Part shown: in pieces, positions 37,738 to 48,648 of the stretch
Position numbering within the stretch: position 1 is the stretch's first letter
Layout: every line of letters begins with the position of its first letter
Assembly: GCA_045863295.1 (NCBI GenBank)
Contig: BTWA01000022.1
Span: 1 to 64,000, forward strand
Direction: 5' to 3'
DNA from: Candidatus Hydrogenedentota bacterium
GTDB taxonomy: Bacteria > Hydrogenedentota > Hydrogenedentia > Hydrogenedentales > SLHB01
Length of the DNA stretch: 64,000 nt
Program-made: the position numbers and the translations under genes
Notes under the pieces: model-generated
Seen by the model: only the letters and a program-made list of their open reading frames with translations
The model's database searches: none
What the model was told of the DNA's origin: nothing

Positions 37738-39096
37738 ATGATTTCGAGAAGAGCTTTTTTGGGAGTAGGCGGAGCGATACCTCTGATCATTTCCGCCAAG
37801 GCCTATGGACTTGAAGGCCCAGGGGCCAATGATCGGGTGAATGTTGGCTTGATTGGTCTGGGTGGCCGGTGCCAGGAGATCGCAAAGACGTGCATGGGGA
37901 TCCCCAGGATTCGGATCGCTGCTATTTGTGATTGTTTCAAGCCGCGTGTGGATACCTGGATGGCCGTGATGCCCGAGGGACAACACTGGAAGGGATATAC
38001 CGACTTCCGGGAAATGATCGACAAAGAAGATTTGGATGCTGTCATGGTGGAAACCACGACGCATGCGCGAGCCTGGGTTGCATGTCATGCGATGGCCGCC
38101 GGCTTGGATGTTTACATCGAAAAGCCCATGTGCTTGACCATTGCTGAAGGGCGTGCGATGGTGGCGATTGCGCGCAAGTACGAACGCGTTACCCAGGTGG
38201 GCACACAGCAACGCTCCATTCCGCTCAACAATTGGGCAAGCGATCTAGTCAAGAATGGAACCATCGGCAAGATCAAAGCCGTATACGCGCCCAACTTTTT
38301 CGGGCCGGTTCACTGGCAGGACCAACCCGGAGAGGAACTACCCCTGGGCGGATCGGCCGAATGGTGGGACATCTGGTGCAATCAAACCACGCCACGGCCG
38401 TATCACAAGGAACTCCATCGGAACTGGGGAAAATGGTGGGACTACGATGGGGGCGGCTTGTCATTCGGTGTCACCGGCTGGGGCACACATAGCTACGATC
38501 AAATTCAACGCGGACTTGGCACGGACACTACAGGGCCCATCGAGGTCGTGCTGGAAGAGGCGGTAGCCGATCGGGGCACAGGAACGTTTGAGGATCGTGA
38601 AATTGGTCCTGAGGAAACCGGGGCGCCCTATTATCATATGGCAAAACCAGGATTTGGGCCACGCGCCAAGGTTCGGATGAAGTACGCAACCGGTACCGAA
38701 CTCTTGTTGCACCTCGATGGCGACCGGGGACCTGGCTTGGGTTGCCGATTCGAAGGAGAGAGCGGAAGCATTGAAATCAATCGCGATCGTATATCAGCAA
38801 GTTTGCCGGAAATACTGGACAAACCCGACTGTCCGGCCACGCTCCAAGTGCCTGAAACACAGCCGCACATCGAAAACTGGATTGAGTGTATCCAAACACG
38901 CAGCCGCTGCAACGCGGACATTGAATTTGGACAGCGCAGTTCCAGCCTGTGCTATCTCGTGAACATCGCTCGCGAGGTGGGACAAGTTGGGGCGGTCCTG
39001 CAATGGAATCCTGACACGGAACGCTTCACGAATAACGATGCGGCGAATGCGCTTCTATCGCGGCCACGCCGCCCGGGGTATGAACTTCCAGCCTAG
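37738..39096 (+). CDS. Gfo/Idh/MocA oxidoreductase, Tat-type leader
   Basis: SRRAFL, GANDRV, GLGGR, EKP, QVGTQQRS and WG.H..D motifs. Confidence 0.93.
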   Translation: MISRRAFLGVGGAIPLIISAKAYGLEGPGANDRVNVGLIGLGGRCQEIAKTCMGIPRIRIAAICDCFKPRVDTWMAVMPEGQHWKGYTDFREMIDKEDLDAVMVETTTHARAWVACHAMAAGLDVYIEKPMCLTIAEGRAMVAIARKYERVTQVGTQQRSIPLNNWASDLVKNGTIGKIKAVYAPNFFGPVHWQDQPGEELPLGGSAEWWDIWCNQTTPRPYHKELHRNWGKWWDYDGGGLSFGVTGWGTHSYDQIQRGLGTDTTGPIEVVLEEAVADRGTGTFEDREIGPEETGAPYYHMAKPGFGPRAKVRMKYATGTELLLHLDGDRGPGLGCRFEGESGSIEINRDRISASLPEILDKPDCPATLQVPETQPHIENWIECIQTRSRCNADIEFGQRSSSLCYLVNIAREVGQVGAVLQWNPDTERFTNNDAANALLSRPRRPGYELPA

Positions 39097-39097
39097 T

Positions 39098-39661
39098 CTA
39101 AGGAGCAGACTCAACCCTGCGAGACAACTCGGAGGTAAACGCTTTCATCCACCTTGAACACTCCCGTTTGTAGCGGCAGCAGAAAAGGTTGCCGCTGACA
39201 ACCAACGGTGCGGATACATAGACTGCACCCGCAAATTCGGCGTCCAGTCTGCAGCGAGGTATCGTGGTTACTTCCCGTCCGCGAATCACGTCCGCGGCAG
39301 CCAATATCTCGATCCCGTGGCAGATAGTGGCGACGGGTTTGTTCTGTTCAAAAAAGTGCCGGGTGATACGGATCAGCTCGGGATCATATCGGAGAAACTC
39401 GGGAGCGCGTCCGCCCGGCAATACCAAGGCCAGATAATGGTGGGGATCGACATCACGGAATGAAACGTTCGAATCCATGGTGTAGCCAGGGGTTTCAACC
39501 GTAATATCCCAACCGGGATCGTGGTGATGCTGGACGAGATGATAGGTGCGCACTTCGGGCGCGGCGACCACGACCTCGTAGTCCTCTCCAAGCCGGTAAA
39601 ACGGGACCATGGTGTCGATAACCTCTCCCCCGTCGCCGATAACAAGCAATATCTTTTGCAT
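39098..39661 (-). CDS. DJ-1/PfpI family protein
   Basis: GE..D, LPGGRAPEFLR and ICHG motifs. Confidence 0.9.
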   Translation of the reverse strand: MQKILLVIGDGGEVIDTMVPFYRLGEDYEVVVAAPEVRTYHLVQHHHDPGWDITVETPGYTMDSNVSFRDVDPHHYLALVLPGGRAPEFLRYDPELIRITRHFFEQNKPVATICHGIEILAAADVIRGREVTTIPRCRLDAEFAGAVYVSAPLVVSGNLFCCRYKRECSRWMKAFTSELSRRVESAP

Positions 39662-39663
39662 GA

Positions 39664-40524
39664 CTACTCGAATGCCTTGTAGATTGCCGCATTGTCTAAA
39701 TCGCCAAACCCGGCGGCAACGACTTCGTCTATTATACTTTCATGCAGTGCGGAGAGCGGAGTTCGCGCTCCGCAACTTTCCGCGAGTTCCAGAATCAGCT
39801 TTACATCCTTGGCATGCTGCGACAGACGCGCCACGGCGGGCTCATACTGGCTGGAAATCATCTTCGGCCCTTTGGTCTCCATCGCAGTTGAATGGGTTTC
39901 CCCTTCCTTTAATACTTCCAGGATCACGTTCAGATCGAACCCACACTTCCGAGCCAACCCCAGTGCTTCCGCAAGTACCAGTCGATTTAACCCAAATACC
40001 AGATTGACAATGAGCTTCGCCCGGCACCCGGTCCCCGGTGACCCCATGTAATGTACACTTTTGCAAAATGACCGTAGCACGTTGTCGTACTGACTATTTG
40101 GACCAACGTCTCCAACAAGCGCGATGGCGCGGCCCTCGGCAACGACTTGACTGGACCCGGAAATACAGACATCCACCAGATGAACGTTTCGCTCCCGCCG
40201 CAGACGCTCGGAGTCCGTTTCCAGGTCCTCGGGCTTGCCCGTCGTTGTATCGAGAAGTATTTGATTCTCCAACAACGTACAAGCCAGATCATGACTGCCC
40301 CACAACAAATCGCGCCGGTCCTGCGAAGTCATGAGGCTCAGGATCACCAACCGGGTTTGGGCAGCTACCGCATCCGCGCTGGACGCAACATCGACCCCCA
40401 GCCTCGCCGCGTGTTCTGCCGCTTCGGCAGCAATATCGAAGCCAGAGACGCGAAATCCAGCCTGTAACAGCCGCGCCGACATCGCTCTGCCCATCAGCCC
40501 CAGTCCAATCATGCCGATATGCAT
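39664..40524 (-). CDS. NAD(P)-dependent 3-hydroxyisobutyrate dehydrogenase / tartronate semialdehyde reductase family
   Basis: IGLGLMG..M, G.G...KL..N and KD motifs. Confidence 0.9.
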   Translation of the reverse strand: MHIGMIGLGLMGRAMSARLLQAGFRVSGFDIAAEAAEHAARLGVDVASSADAVAAQTRLVILSLMTSQDRRDLLWGSHDLACTLLENQILLDTTTGKPEDLETDSERLRRERNVHLVDVCISGSSQVVAEGRAIALVGDVGPNSQYDNVLRSFCKSVHYMGSPGTGCRAKLIVNLVFGLNRLVLAEALGLARKCGFDLNVILEVLKEGETHSTAMETKGPKMISSQYEPAVARLSQHAKDVKLILELAESCGARTPLSALHESIIDEVVAAGFGDLDNAAIYKAFE

Positions 40525-40527
40525 GCG

Positions 40528-41520
40528 CTACTCGCTCTTCTTGTCCATCATGTTTACGCATTCCGCAAAGGCACGACTTCCATCAAAAGGTATCTCCGCT
40601 GCCTCGTCAAGAACGAGAACACAGAATCCGAGAGACAAGGACTCGCCGCGTTTCACTTCGGTCGAATCTGGAGACACAGCGTTGTCGTCGGGCGCTGTCA
40701 TGGCTTTTTCTGCAAACGGATTGGCGACCATCAATCCGTAGTCTCTTGTATGAAACCAAGACTTTCTAAAGTTGCCTGGACTTGGGATCATCATGACACC
40801 GACGCGACGCCCATCTTGCTCCCCGACATACGCACACCAGTCCGCTGCCTTGCCCCAGGTGCCAGATTCGTTCGTACCGCCTTCACTATTCACAATTGAC
40901 CCGTTTCCAAACTTCACGGTAAATCGAGTGTCAATTCGAACGCCCAACCCCATCTCCTCTTGATCGCCGAAGGAAATCGTCTGGCTATCGCCGGCCGGTG
41001 TAAACATGGATTGGGAAACAATACAGTATCCACTTGGCGTGGTCCGGATTGTGTACTCACAGGTCTCGGTGAAAACGGGCTCTGCGCTCACAGTGTCTTT
41101 ACAGTAGACGTTGATGACGGAAAATCGCCCGATCCCCTCGCCTCCCTCCGGCGCTCGTACATATCTGGAGTGTCGCACTGGCACCTTGTTGCGCCAATAG
41201 TCATATCCGCTCACATCGCCAAAAGCCAGCCACAACCCAGGATGCAAATTCGCGTGGTCGTCATTATCCTTGTTCGCAACAGGATCAGGGGGATACGGAC
41301 GCGTAACCGTGATCCCTCCCCTGGTGCGCACGTCGTGAAAATAAGGCCGGCCAATAGGATTATTTTTACAAACGTACGATGCCACCGTCTCACCGTCAAT
41401 AAGGATCTTCAATACCCCCGGTTCATCGCGAAATTCCACTATGTTCGCGCTGGCCAAACCGGCCCACCTCGTCATCCCCAAAACAGTGGCCATCAATAGG
41501 GTCTGAGCAACGCGACTCAT
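40528..41520 (-). CDS. PmoA-family (DUF6807) secreted protein
   Basis: RPYF, TRPYPP, DH...HPGLWLAFGD, FGDQEEMG and WFHTRDYGLMVANPF motifs. Confidence 0.8.
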   Translation of the reverse strand: MSRVAQTLLMATVLGMTRWAGLASANIVEFRDEPGVLKILIDGETVASYVCKNNPIGRPYFHDVRTRGGITVTRPYPPDPVANKDNDDHANLHPGLWLAFGDVSGYDYWRNKVPVRHSRYVRAPEGGEGIGRFSVINVYCKDTVSAEPVFTETCEYTIRTTPSGYCIVSQSMFTPAGDSQTISFGDQEEMGLGVRIDTRFTVKFGNGSIVNSEGGTNESGTWGKAADWCAYVGEQDGRRVGVMMIPSPGNFRKSWFHTRDYGLMVANPFAEKAMTAPDDNAVSPDSTEVKRGESLSLGFCVLVLDEAAEIPFDGSRAFAECVNMMDKKSE

Positions 41521-41532
41521 AGCGGCACACTC

Positions 41533-43086
41533 CTAATTGTGCGTTTCAGCGAATGCGGTGAGCGATCGATCTGCATGTCGTCCCTTGCCGAATAGGAGGC
41601 TGAGAAGATACCCAAAAACAAATACGATGATGTTGCTGAATCCCATCAACCACCATTCATGCCACCGGTACTTCAAGAACGAGATCGCTGATGGCAATTC
41701 AATCCAACCGTTTAGCGTGGCATAACACCACGTCACTCCAAGTATTCCTAGAATCAGCGCAGGATTCAGCCCCGCTGCGTTTGCCCTTGGACAAAAGAAC
41801 CCGAGAAAAAAGGCCGCCAATATACCACCGCCCAAAACGGCTCCAATCGTGGCCCACGCATCGAGCACAAAGGACATGATGCCCTCCGGGCGACGCGTGA
41901 TCCAGGCGGCGAGCGCTACGGCCGCGCCGCCAGCAATAATGACGCACAGTTTGGAGACCCATAGCCTACGGCCTTCGTCTTTCCGGCGAGCAAACCGATC
42001 GTAAAAATCGCTTACAACGCAGGCGCTGAAACTGTTCAAATCCGACGACAACGTGGACATGGTCGCGGCGAACAAGCCTGCTACCACCAAACCGGTCAAT
42101 CCCGGCGGCAATTCGCGACCGATGAAAGAGGGGAACACCTGATCGCCCTTGGTGATCGAGTCCGCGAGACGTTCGGGATGAAGATGATAGAAGCCATAAA
42201 GCAACGTGCCGATCATGGAAAAGGCGATCCAAACTATCATGCAGGCGCCAATGCTGACGAATGCTCCCTTGCGCGCCTCGCGATCGGTTGCCGAAGTCAG
42301 GTACCGTTGCACCATGGTCTGATCGGTGGCGTAACGGCTCGTGAAATGAAATATCCCCATCCACGTTATGACCCACACTGTCTTGTCCGTCATGCTGAAT
42401 GCCGGGTTGATCAGTTTCAGCTTGTCCGCATCCAGTGCGGCCGACCAAATGGCCCCGGGACCTTCAGGAGTCGCGACAAACAAGATGAATGCAATGGTGA
42501 TGATGCCCGAGGCGATCATCAGAAATCCTTGTATCACATCGGTCCATATGACGCCTTCCATACCGCCCGCAAACGTGTAAATCACAGTCAATATGCCAAG
42601 CGCGATAAGGATGCCGTCCCGATTCCAGCCGGTAATTCCGTTGAAAGCGAGCGCCATCGCCGACATGACAATTCCGATTTTTGCGAAGTGTCCGACTAGA
42701 AATCCCACAGTACCGTACACACGCGCGAAATAGCCAAAACGTCTTTCGAGGTATTCGTAAGCGCTGATCGTTACTACTCGCCGGTATACGGGAATGATGA
42801 AAGCCGCCACCCCCACCATTATGAAAGGCGTCGAAAACTGTTGCATCAACACTTCCCAGTTGTGCTGGTAGGTGTGACCTGGAAATCCAATAAAGACAAA
42901 ACTTGACAACAACGTCGCAAACATGGACATGCCCGCAGCCCAACCGGGGATTTTTCGATCCGCCGTGAAATAATGCTCCGCGGTTGTTTGGCGTCGCGCA
43001 AACCGTGTGCCCAGATACACCATGCCGCAGACGTAGGCAATGAGCGTGCCCCAGTCCCAAATCGTCAGCAAGTTTCTGTCCGGCAT
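41533..43086 (-). CDS. Sodium:solute symporter (SSS)
   Basis: SMFAT.LSS, SAYEYLERRFG, GGMEGVIWTD, DQ.MVQRY and AATMSTLSS motifs. Confidence 0.93.
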   Translation of the reverse strand: MPDRNLLTIWDWGTLIAYVCGMVYLGTRFARRQTTAEHYFTADRKIPGWAAGMSMFATLLSSFVFIGFPGHTYQHNWEVLMQQFSTPFIMVGVAAFIIPVYRRVVTISAYEYLERRFGYFARVYGTVGFLVGHFAKIGIVMSAMALAFNGITGWNRDGILIALGILTVIYTFAGGMEGVIWTDVIQGFLMIASGIITIAFILFVATPEGPGAIWSAALDADKLKLINPAFSMTDKTVWVITWMGIFHFTSRYATDQTMVQRYLTSATDREARKGAFVSIGACMIVWIAFSMIGTLLYGFYHLHPERLADSITKGDQVFPSFIGRELPPGLTGLVVAGLFAATMSTLSSDLNSFSACVVSDFYDRFARRKDEGRRLWVSKLCVIIAGGAAVALAAWITRRPEGIMSFVLDAWATIGAVLGGGILAAFFLGFFCPRANAAGLNPALILGILGVTWCYATLNGWIELPSAISFLKYRWHEWWLMGFSNIIVFVFGYLLSLLFGKGRHADRSLTAFAETHN

Positions 43087-43129
43087 GGTCCATCCCTTGT
43101 CGCCGCCATTGAGGCGCCGGTTCCATCTA

Positions 43130-44074
43130 CTACCTTACCACCGTCTCTCCTGCGGCGATGAGTCTTTCACGCATGGCTGAAAGCGCGGTTTGATTCAACG
43201 GGCGCAACGGAGGGCGAGCCGTCGGCGAGGCCAGTCTACCTGTCAGCCAGGCGGCGGCCTTCATCCGCTGATGCGCATCCGCGGAAGGTTCGCCAAACTG
43301 ATAGATCGCGTGTGCGAGCCGATCGACACGATCGCGCATGGACCGGGCGCCGGCAAGATCGCCTGACAACGCCTTCCGCACCAATTCACAAATCAAATTA
43401 GGCGCATATCCGGCAAACCCCACCAACGCGCCGTCCGCGCCCTCCAACAGACTGGCCAACAAAAACTCGTCGTGACAGGTAATGATGGAGACGTCGGGCG
43501 CGGACTCCTTCAACGAGACGTAGTCATGGTGGGCACGGGCCATATCCCGTGTGCCCATCTTGATACTAACCACCGAAGGCAAATTTGCAATGGCTTGCAT
43601 TTCCTTGAGCGAGTACCCGGCCTTGGTCCACGCGGGATACTGGTGAACAATTATGCCGATGTCCACTGCCGCGCAGACATCCTCAAAAAAACCGATTGCA
43701 GTCGCGGTGCTTCGGCCAAACCGCAGCCAATGATGGGGAGGCATCAGCAGGATGGCAACGGCTCCCGCATCTTTCGCCGCTTGTGCCTGGTCGATCGCGT
43801 CGTGACTTCCCTCCGCACAGACGCCGCTAATGACCTTGACATCATGTCCCACGGCTTGTGCCGCAAGGGTGGTCACTCGCGATCGTTCGATGTTGCGAAG
43901 CGATGTAATTTCGCCGGTATGTCCGTTGACGACCAGGCCCTTGACGCCATCGTGGCTGGCAACCCATTTCAGATATTGGGCGAGATCCTCCTCGTCCAAC
44001 TCATAGTTATCACGAAATGGACACAGCGTGGCCGGAAAGATGCCGCTCCACTGTTCGCGAACTTTTTTTGTCAT
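43130..44074 (-). CDS. Dihydrodipicolinate synthase / N-acetylneuraminate lyase family aldolase
   Basis: GIFPA...PF, NGHTGE, Schiff-base Lys in SIKMG, GADG. Confidence 0.88.
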   Translation of the reverse strand: MTKKVREQWSGIFPATLCPFRDNYELDEEDLAQYLKWVASHDGVKGLVVNGHTGEITSLRNIERSRVTTLAAQAVGHDVKVISGVCAEGSHDAIDQAQAAKDAGAVAILLMPPHHWLRFGRSTATAIGFFEDVCAAVDIGIIVHQYPAWTKAGYSLKEMQAIANLPSVVSIKMGTRDMARAHHDYVSLKESAPDVSIITCHDEFLLASLLEGADGALVGFAGYAPNLICELVRKALSGDLAGARSMRDRVDRLAHAIYQFGEPSADAHQRMKAAAWLTGRLASPTARPPLRPLNQTALSAMRERLIAAGETVVR

Positions 44075-44323
44075 AGACACCCCCGCCCACGCATTTGAAT
44101 ACATACGATTATAGGCTGACTACTCTTGTTGACACCCAGCCGGCCCTTCGGGAAACAAAGGGTACGCGGGTTATGCTGCCCAATCAAGTACACCCGGCTT
44201 GACAGGAACACAATCGCGGCCACATCAATGCCAAATTCCGGTCCAAAACCCGTCCTTTGTGATAGTCTAATCAAGTAGGGAATTGCCATCGGATGAACTG
44301 TACCGGTTGGGAGGGCCCTTGTC

Positions 44324-45736
44324 ATGTGCGCCGCCTTTACTCCTCGCATTGCTGACGTTCGTCAGAGATTCCTCGTCGTATACGGTCACTCCTGTGTTGC
44401 CTGCTTCGTTGCACTAGCGGCATGCCCTTTCGTGTTCAGCGCACCGGAGATCAACCGCACGTCTGATCACCCGGGCCAACTCATTCGCATCCGGGACCCA
44501 TTGGCGGGCGAAAACTTCTGCTACCCAACCGTGCCACACCGGCTGCCCGATCCGGGAGAATCCATTGAAGACAGCCGATTGGGAACCGTCCAGACGCGCG
44601 TAACAGAGAAACCAGGTGTTCGCCATGAATACGCGCGCATGAGTCCGTTCAATGCGAATTGTTCAATGATTCTTTTGCTTGACGTTCGCGATGGCACGTG
44701 GAATGTCTATCGCACGAAAAGCAGGCCGTACGACTCGGACGCCAATTACGTTTGCACGCTTCATGCCGAGGAACCACGTTGGGACGGTATTGGCACATTG
44801 TGGGCCACTCGGGACTTTAAGGTGCTTCAGATCGATGCGATATCGGGAAACGAAGTCGTGGTCAAGGATTTTAGCGACGATCCTCGGATAGCTCCCCTGC
44901 TTAAAGCCGAACCCGACCTCTATCGAATCACCATGAAGGACGAAGGCGAAGCATCAACGGATTATCGCTTCTGGGCCTTCATAGTCCAAGGCGCCAATGA
45001 TGATTATCGCGCAAGATACTTGCTTGTGTGGGACAGGCTAAACGACCAGATAACCGGACTTCGGCCGCTTGCCGTGGAGGAATCGCGTATTGACTGGATC
45101 GGCATGTCTCCACTGGGAACATGGGTTCTCATTGGCAGCGACCACGACAACGGCGGATCGTTTCCCGGCTTTGTCATGGCGGACAAAACATTAATGAACA
45201 TATACCCGCTACACTACAGCACTGGCCACGCGGACGTCGGTCTGGATTCGATCAACCGGGAAGTCGTGGTCATGCAGAATGCACAAACGGACTTCATCGA
45301 CTTGATCCCTCTGGATCCGGACACCCGGCCCATTCCACCGGGAGGAGACTATGCGGGCACGGGTCATGTTCCGCTTGTTCGTCTGTTTTATGCATCAGAC
45401 TCCCCGGCAGGATTGCAGTCGGGCGTACACATATCCTGCAACGTTGCCGGGTGGTGTGTGGTTTCCACCCACATGGAGGCCGGCCAGAAGGAGCAAAACT
45501 GGCTCGACCGGTCGATCATACTTGTCCGGCTCCAGGAAAAAAGTCCTTCAGCGTACTATGTGTCCAAAGTCCACGGTTCGTGTAACACCTATTGGCAGGA
45601 GACCCACGCGAGCATCAGTGCCGATGGCTCGCGCGTGGTGTGGGCATCCAATTGGGGATCGAATGAAGACGTGGCCCATGTCACGCTAATGGAACTCGCC
45701 CTGCCGCCTGGATGGATGAAGACACTGATGAAGTGA
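44324..45736 (+). CDS. Hypothetical secreted protein, beta-propeller-like
   Basis: 470-aa ORF ending in HASISADGSRVVWASNW; start uncertain. Confidence 0.6.
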   Translation: MCAAFTPRIADVRQRFLVVYGHSCVACFVALAACPFVFSAPEINRTSDHPGQLIRIRDPLAGENFCYPTVPHRLPDPGESIEDSRLGTVQTRVTEKPGVRHEYARMSPFNANCSMILLLDVRDGTWNVYRTKSRPYDSDANYVCTLHAEEPRWDGIGTLWATRDFKVLQIDAISGNEVVVKDFSDDPRIAPLLKAEPDLYRITMKDEGEASTDYRFWAFIVQGANDDYRARYLLVWDRLNDQITGLRPLAVEESRIDWIGMSPLGTWVLIGSDHDNGGSFPGFVMADKTLMNIYPLHYSTGHADVGLDSINREVVVMQNAQTDFIDLIPLDPDTRPIPPGGDYAGTGHVPLVRLFYASDSPAGLQSGVHISCNVAGWCVVSTHMEAGQKEQNWLDRSIILVRLQEKSPSAYYVSKVHGSCNTYWQETHASISADGSRVVWASNWGSNEDVAHVTLMELALPPGWMKTLMK

Positions 45737-45761
45737 CCGGATTCTCACGGATGGAATCCGG
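45737..45761. terminator. Hairpin between convergent genes (possible terminator)
   Basis: CCGGATTC-N9-GAATCCGG; no strong U-tract. Confidence 0.35.
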
Positions 45762-45775
45762 GATTTGCAGTGCCC

Positions 45776-46912
45776 TCATTCGGATTCATAGAACCACGAA
45801 ATATCGGCGATGGCGAGTTTCAGGTGAATGCGGTCATCGCCCATACGGCCGTTCTCGTGATAGCGGCTGGTCCAGTAATTGATTACGGCTCTTCCGCTGG
45901 ATGTAAACGCTATTCCGGGATTGGTAAAGGCATGATCCGGATCGTTTTCTATGACCCGCATGGGACCCCACGTTACCCCCTCATCCTTGGATACGGCTGC
46001 CACAAGGGGCGTGCGCTTTCCCCCATGGGAATAGGCATCGGGTTCGAAGTTGTCATTCCATAAAAGCAACAGATCGCCGGTGGAGGGTATCCGGCTCAGT
46101 GCAGGACATGACTCCGGCGCACGAAACCCCATGCTCTCCCCCGGGGACCACGTCTGCCCTTGGTCGGCCGAGTGCGATCGGTAAAGGCTGCCCATTTGCG
46201 TTCGCACAACCATCAGGTAACGGCTATCCTTCAATGATTCAATATGAGCTTCCATGGCCCCGCGTTTGGGTACTCTGCACCACTCCTGACTCAAGCGCCA
46301 CGTTTTACCACCATCCACGCTGACGCATGCTCCCCCCTCGTGCCGATCCCCTTCGGCCTTGCTGCCGTAGTCGCGGGTAACCGGTTGAACGAGCACCCCA
46401 CCGGAAAAGACCTTCAGCGTACTGCTGGCGAATTGCACGGGCAATTCGTTCCACAACTCGCCAACGGGCTCAAATGTTTTGCATTCGTCCCGGCTCACCA
46501 GACAAAACGCCGAGGTCGGCGGATACACCTTGTCTCCGGCCTTTTCGAACGAGTGATAGATCATATACGTGAGCAGGATCGATCGGTCAGGCATGCGGAC
46601 AAGGCTGGGAGAATAGCAATTTGTGCTGCCTTCGGGCGTCTCAATCAAAACTCTGTAGTCTTGCCAAGTATACCCGCCATCGACTGACCGCTTGGACGCA
46701 ATGCAGTTCGGCGAAAAATCGCTGTCCCCAGTGCCGCCCTGCCGATACTCCTGCCACGCAATAAACAGGCTGCCGTCGGACAACTCCACTATCGCGGCCT
46801 CGGAATGCCTCGGATGCCCTTCTGTGGCTTCCGCAAACATCACCGTATCTATCTTGGGTGCCCCGTGTGAAAGGCTCAATAAAGCTAAAAAAGGAAGAAC
46901 TACCCAAACCAT
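45776..46912 (-). CDS. BNR/Asp-box repeat sialidase-family protein
   Basis: Asp boxes SVDGGYTW, SRDECKTF, SVDGGKTW, SADQGQTW and SKDEGVTW. ATG 46912 has GGAG RBS and a signal peptide. Confidence 0.82.
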   Translation of the reverse strand: MVWVVLPFLALLSLSHGAPKIDTVMFAEATEGHPRHSEAAIVELSDGSLFIAWQEYRQGGTGDSDFSPNCIASKRSVDGGYTWQDYRVLIETPEGSTNCYSPSLVRMPDRSILLTYMIYHSFEKAGDKVYPPTSAFCLVSRDECKTFEPVGELWNELPVQFASSTLKVFSGGVLVQPVTRDYGSKAEGDRHEGGACVSVDGGKTWRLSQEWCRVPKRGAMEAHIESLKDSRYLMVVRTQMGSLYRSHSADQGQTWSPGESMGFRAPESCPALSRIPSTGDLLLLWNDNFEPDAYSHGGKRTPLVAAVSKDEGVTWGPMRVIENDPDHAFTNPGIAFTSSGRAVINYWTSRYHENGRMGDDRIHLKLAIADISWFYESE

Positions 46913-47265
46913 AGCGTTTTCTCCCGACACCTTTGGACCTTTGGACCAGGCTAACCACGGATGCCAACAACGGGCACATCCCACGGAACTCTTTTGTACA
47001 AACGGGGTTTCAACGAATGCGAGAACATCAAAGCACTGTTGCCCTGCCGATCTCAACCGGCCCTTGTGGAGCCCGGTTGGGATACGGTAGCTCTTTGTTT
47101 TCAACACGTTATGCCACATTGCAGGATCGCGGTCACACACAGGGCACTGTAGCGCACGCAACAAACTTCATCCTTCGGAAGCACTGCCAACTTGGTGTAA
47201 GCTTACGGGGTGAATATACCGCAGCTGGCATTGACTGCGGAATCGAGTAAGAGGAAGTGTTATTT

Positions 47266-48648
47266 ATGAATGGACGGAAAGTGGTGTTCCGATCGATTGT
47301 TGCGCTGGCAGTAGTTGTAGCGGCGGTCGCCGCGGTACGCTGGAAAATGGACAGCACGGCTGCCACCGAAGCCGCCGAGGCCGCAGTCACCACGGAGAAA
47401 GTGGGCCGGATATCCATTCGCCAGACCTCCACCCCCACGGGCCGTGTCGTCTCCAATCTGGATGTGGAAATCAAATGCCGTGCCAGTGGCGAGATCATTA
47501 CCCTTCCATTTGACGTAAGTGACGCCGTAAAAAAGGGCGACCTTATTCTGGAACTCGACCCGGTCGACCAACAGCGCCTGCTGCAACAGTCTCAGGCCGC
47601 CTTGTCGGCGTCCAGAGCGCGACTGGCCCAGGCAGAGGCCCAGTTGAGAACCGCCGAAGTGACTTTGGAGGCCGACCGCATTCGCGCAGCCGCCAATGTG
47701 GAGGCGGCCGAGGCGCAGGCACTGGATGCCGAAGCCAAGGCCAAACGGGAGCAACAACTGCTGGAACGAAAATTCTCCAGTCCGGAAGGGGTCGAGACCG
47801 CCCTCACCACGGCGGTGCAGGCCAGAACCGGCGTACAAACCGCCAAAGCCCAACTGGAATCACTCCGGGCGCAAGAAATCGACTTGGAGCGGTTACGCCA
47901 ACAGATCAATCTTGCCAAGGCCGACGTGGAAGCCGATGAAATCGCGCTGTCGCTGTCGGAACTACAGCTGGAATATACACGGGTATATGCGCCCATCGAC
48001 GGCGTTGTCTCGGCACGCAACGTGCAAATTGGACAAATTATTTCGTCGGGTATCAGCAATGTAGGCGGCGGCACGGCTGTCATGGTGCTTTCCGATCTGT
48101 CGCGAATCTTTGTGTTGGCGTCTGTCGACGAGGCGGATATTGGCTTTATCAAGATTGGTCAGGACGCCGAGATGACGGCAGACTCGTATCCCGGTGTGCA
48201 ATTCACCGGTAAAGTGGATCGAATTGCCACCAACGGCGTGAACCTGCAGAATGTCATCACATTCGAAGTTCGCATTGAAGTCTTGAGCGAGAACAAGGCG
48301 CTTTTGAAACCCGAAATGACAACCAATTGCACCATAGTCATTGCGGATAAAAAGGATGTGTTGGCGGTTCCGGTGACTTCTTTTGTTCGCGAAAAGGGCC
48401 AAACATTCGTCGCCAAGCCGGGACCCGGCGGCACAAAAGGCGATTTGGTTCCCGTGGAAATCGGGATATCCGATTCGGTCTACACGGAAATTATCAGCGG
48501 ACTCCAGGAGGGCGATGAAATCGTCGTACAGGACCCTGAAGCCGAAAGCCGCTGGCGCGCGGGTGAGGATCAGGCAAGCAATGATCGCCGCGGCCGCATG
48601 ATGATGTTTCGCACGATCGGCGGCAGCAGCGGAGGCCGCGGGCGTTGA
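47266..48648 (+). CDS. Efflux periplasmic adaptor subunit (MacA-like)
   Basis: N-terminal TM; SGEI...GD lipoyl half-motifs; coiled coil; APIDGVV, VDEADIG and GL.EGD motifs. Confidence 0.9.
   Translation: MNGRKVVFRSIVALAVVVAAVAAVRWKMDSTAATEAAEAAVTTEKVGRISIRQTSTPTGRVVSNLDVEIKCRASGEIITLPFDVSDAVKKGDLILELDPVDQQRLLQQSQAALSASRARLAQAEAQLRTAEVTLEADRIRAAANVEAAEAQALDAEAKAKREQQLLERKFSSPEGVETALTTAVQARTGVQTAKAQLESLRAQEIDLERLRQQINLAKADVEADEIALSLSELQLEYTRVYAPIDGVVSARNVQIGQIISSGISNVGGGTAVMVLSDLSRIFVLASVDEADIGFIKIGQDAEMTADSYPGVQFTGKVDRIATNGVNLQNVITFEVRIEVLSENKALLKPEMTTNCTIVIADKKDVLAVPVTSFVREKGQTFVAKPGPGGTKGDLVPVEIGISDSVYTEIISGLQEGDEIVVQDPEAESRWRAGEDQASNDRRGRMMMFRTIGGSSGGRGR

Noticed and set aside
34775..41520. 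PmoA-family genes as methane monooxygenase
   Set aside because: These are soluble secreted DUF6807-type proteins; there is no multi-TM PmoA and no pmoB or pmoC.
43130..44074. dapA assignment
   Set aside because: The GHTGE motif and catabolic operon context argue for a non-DapA family member.
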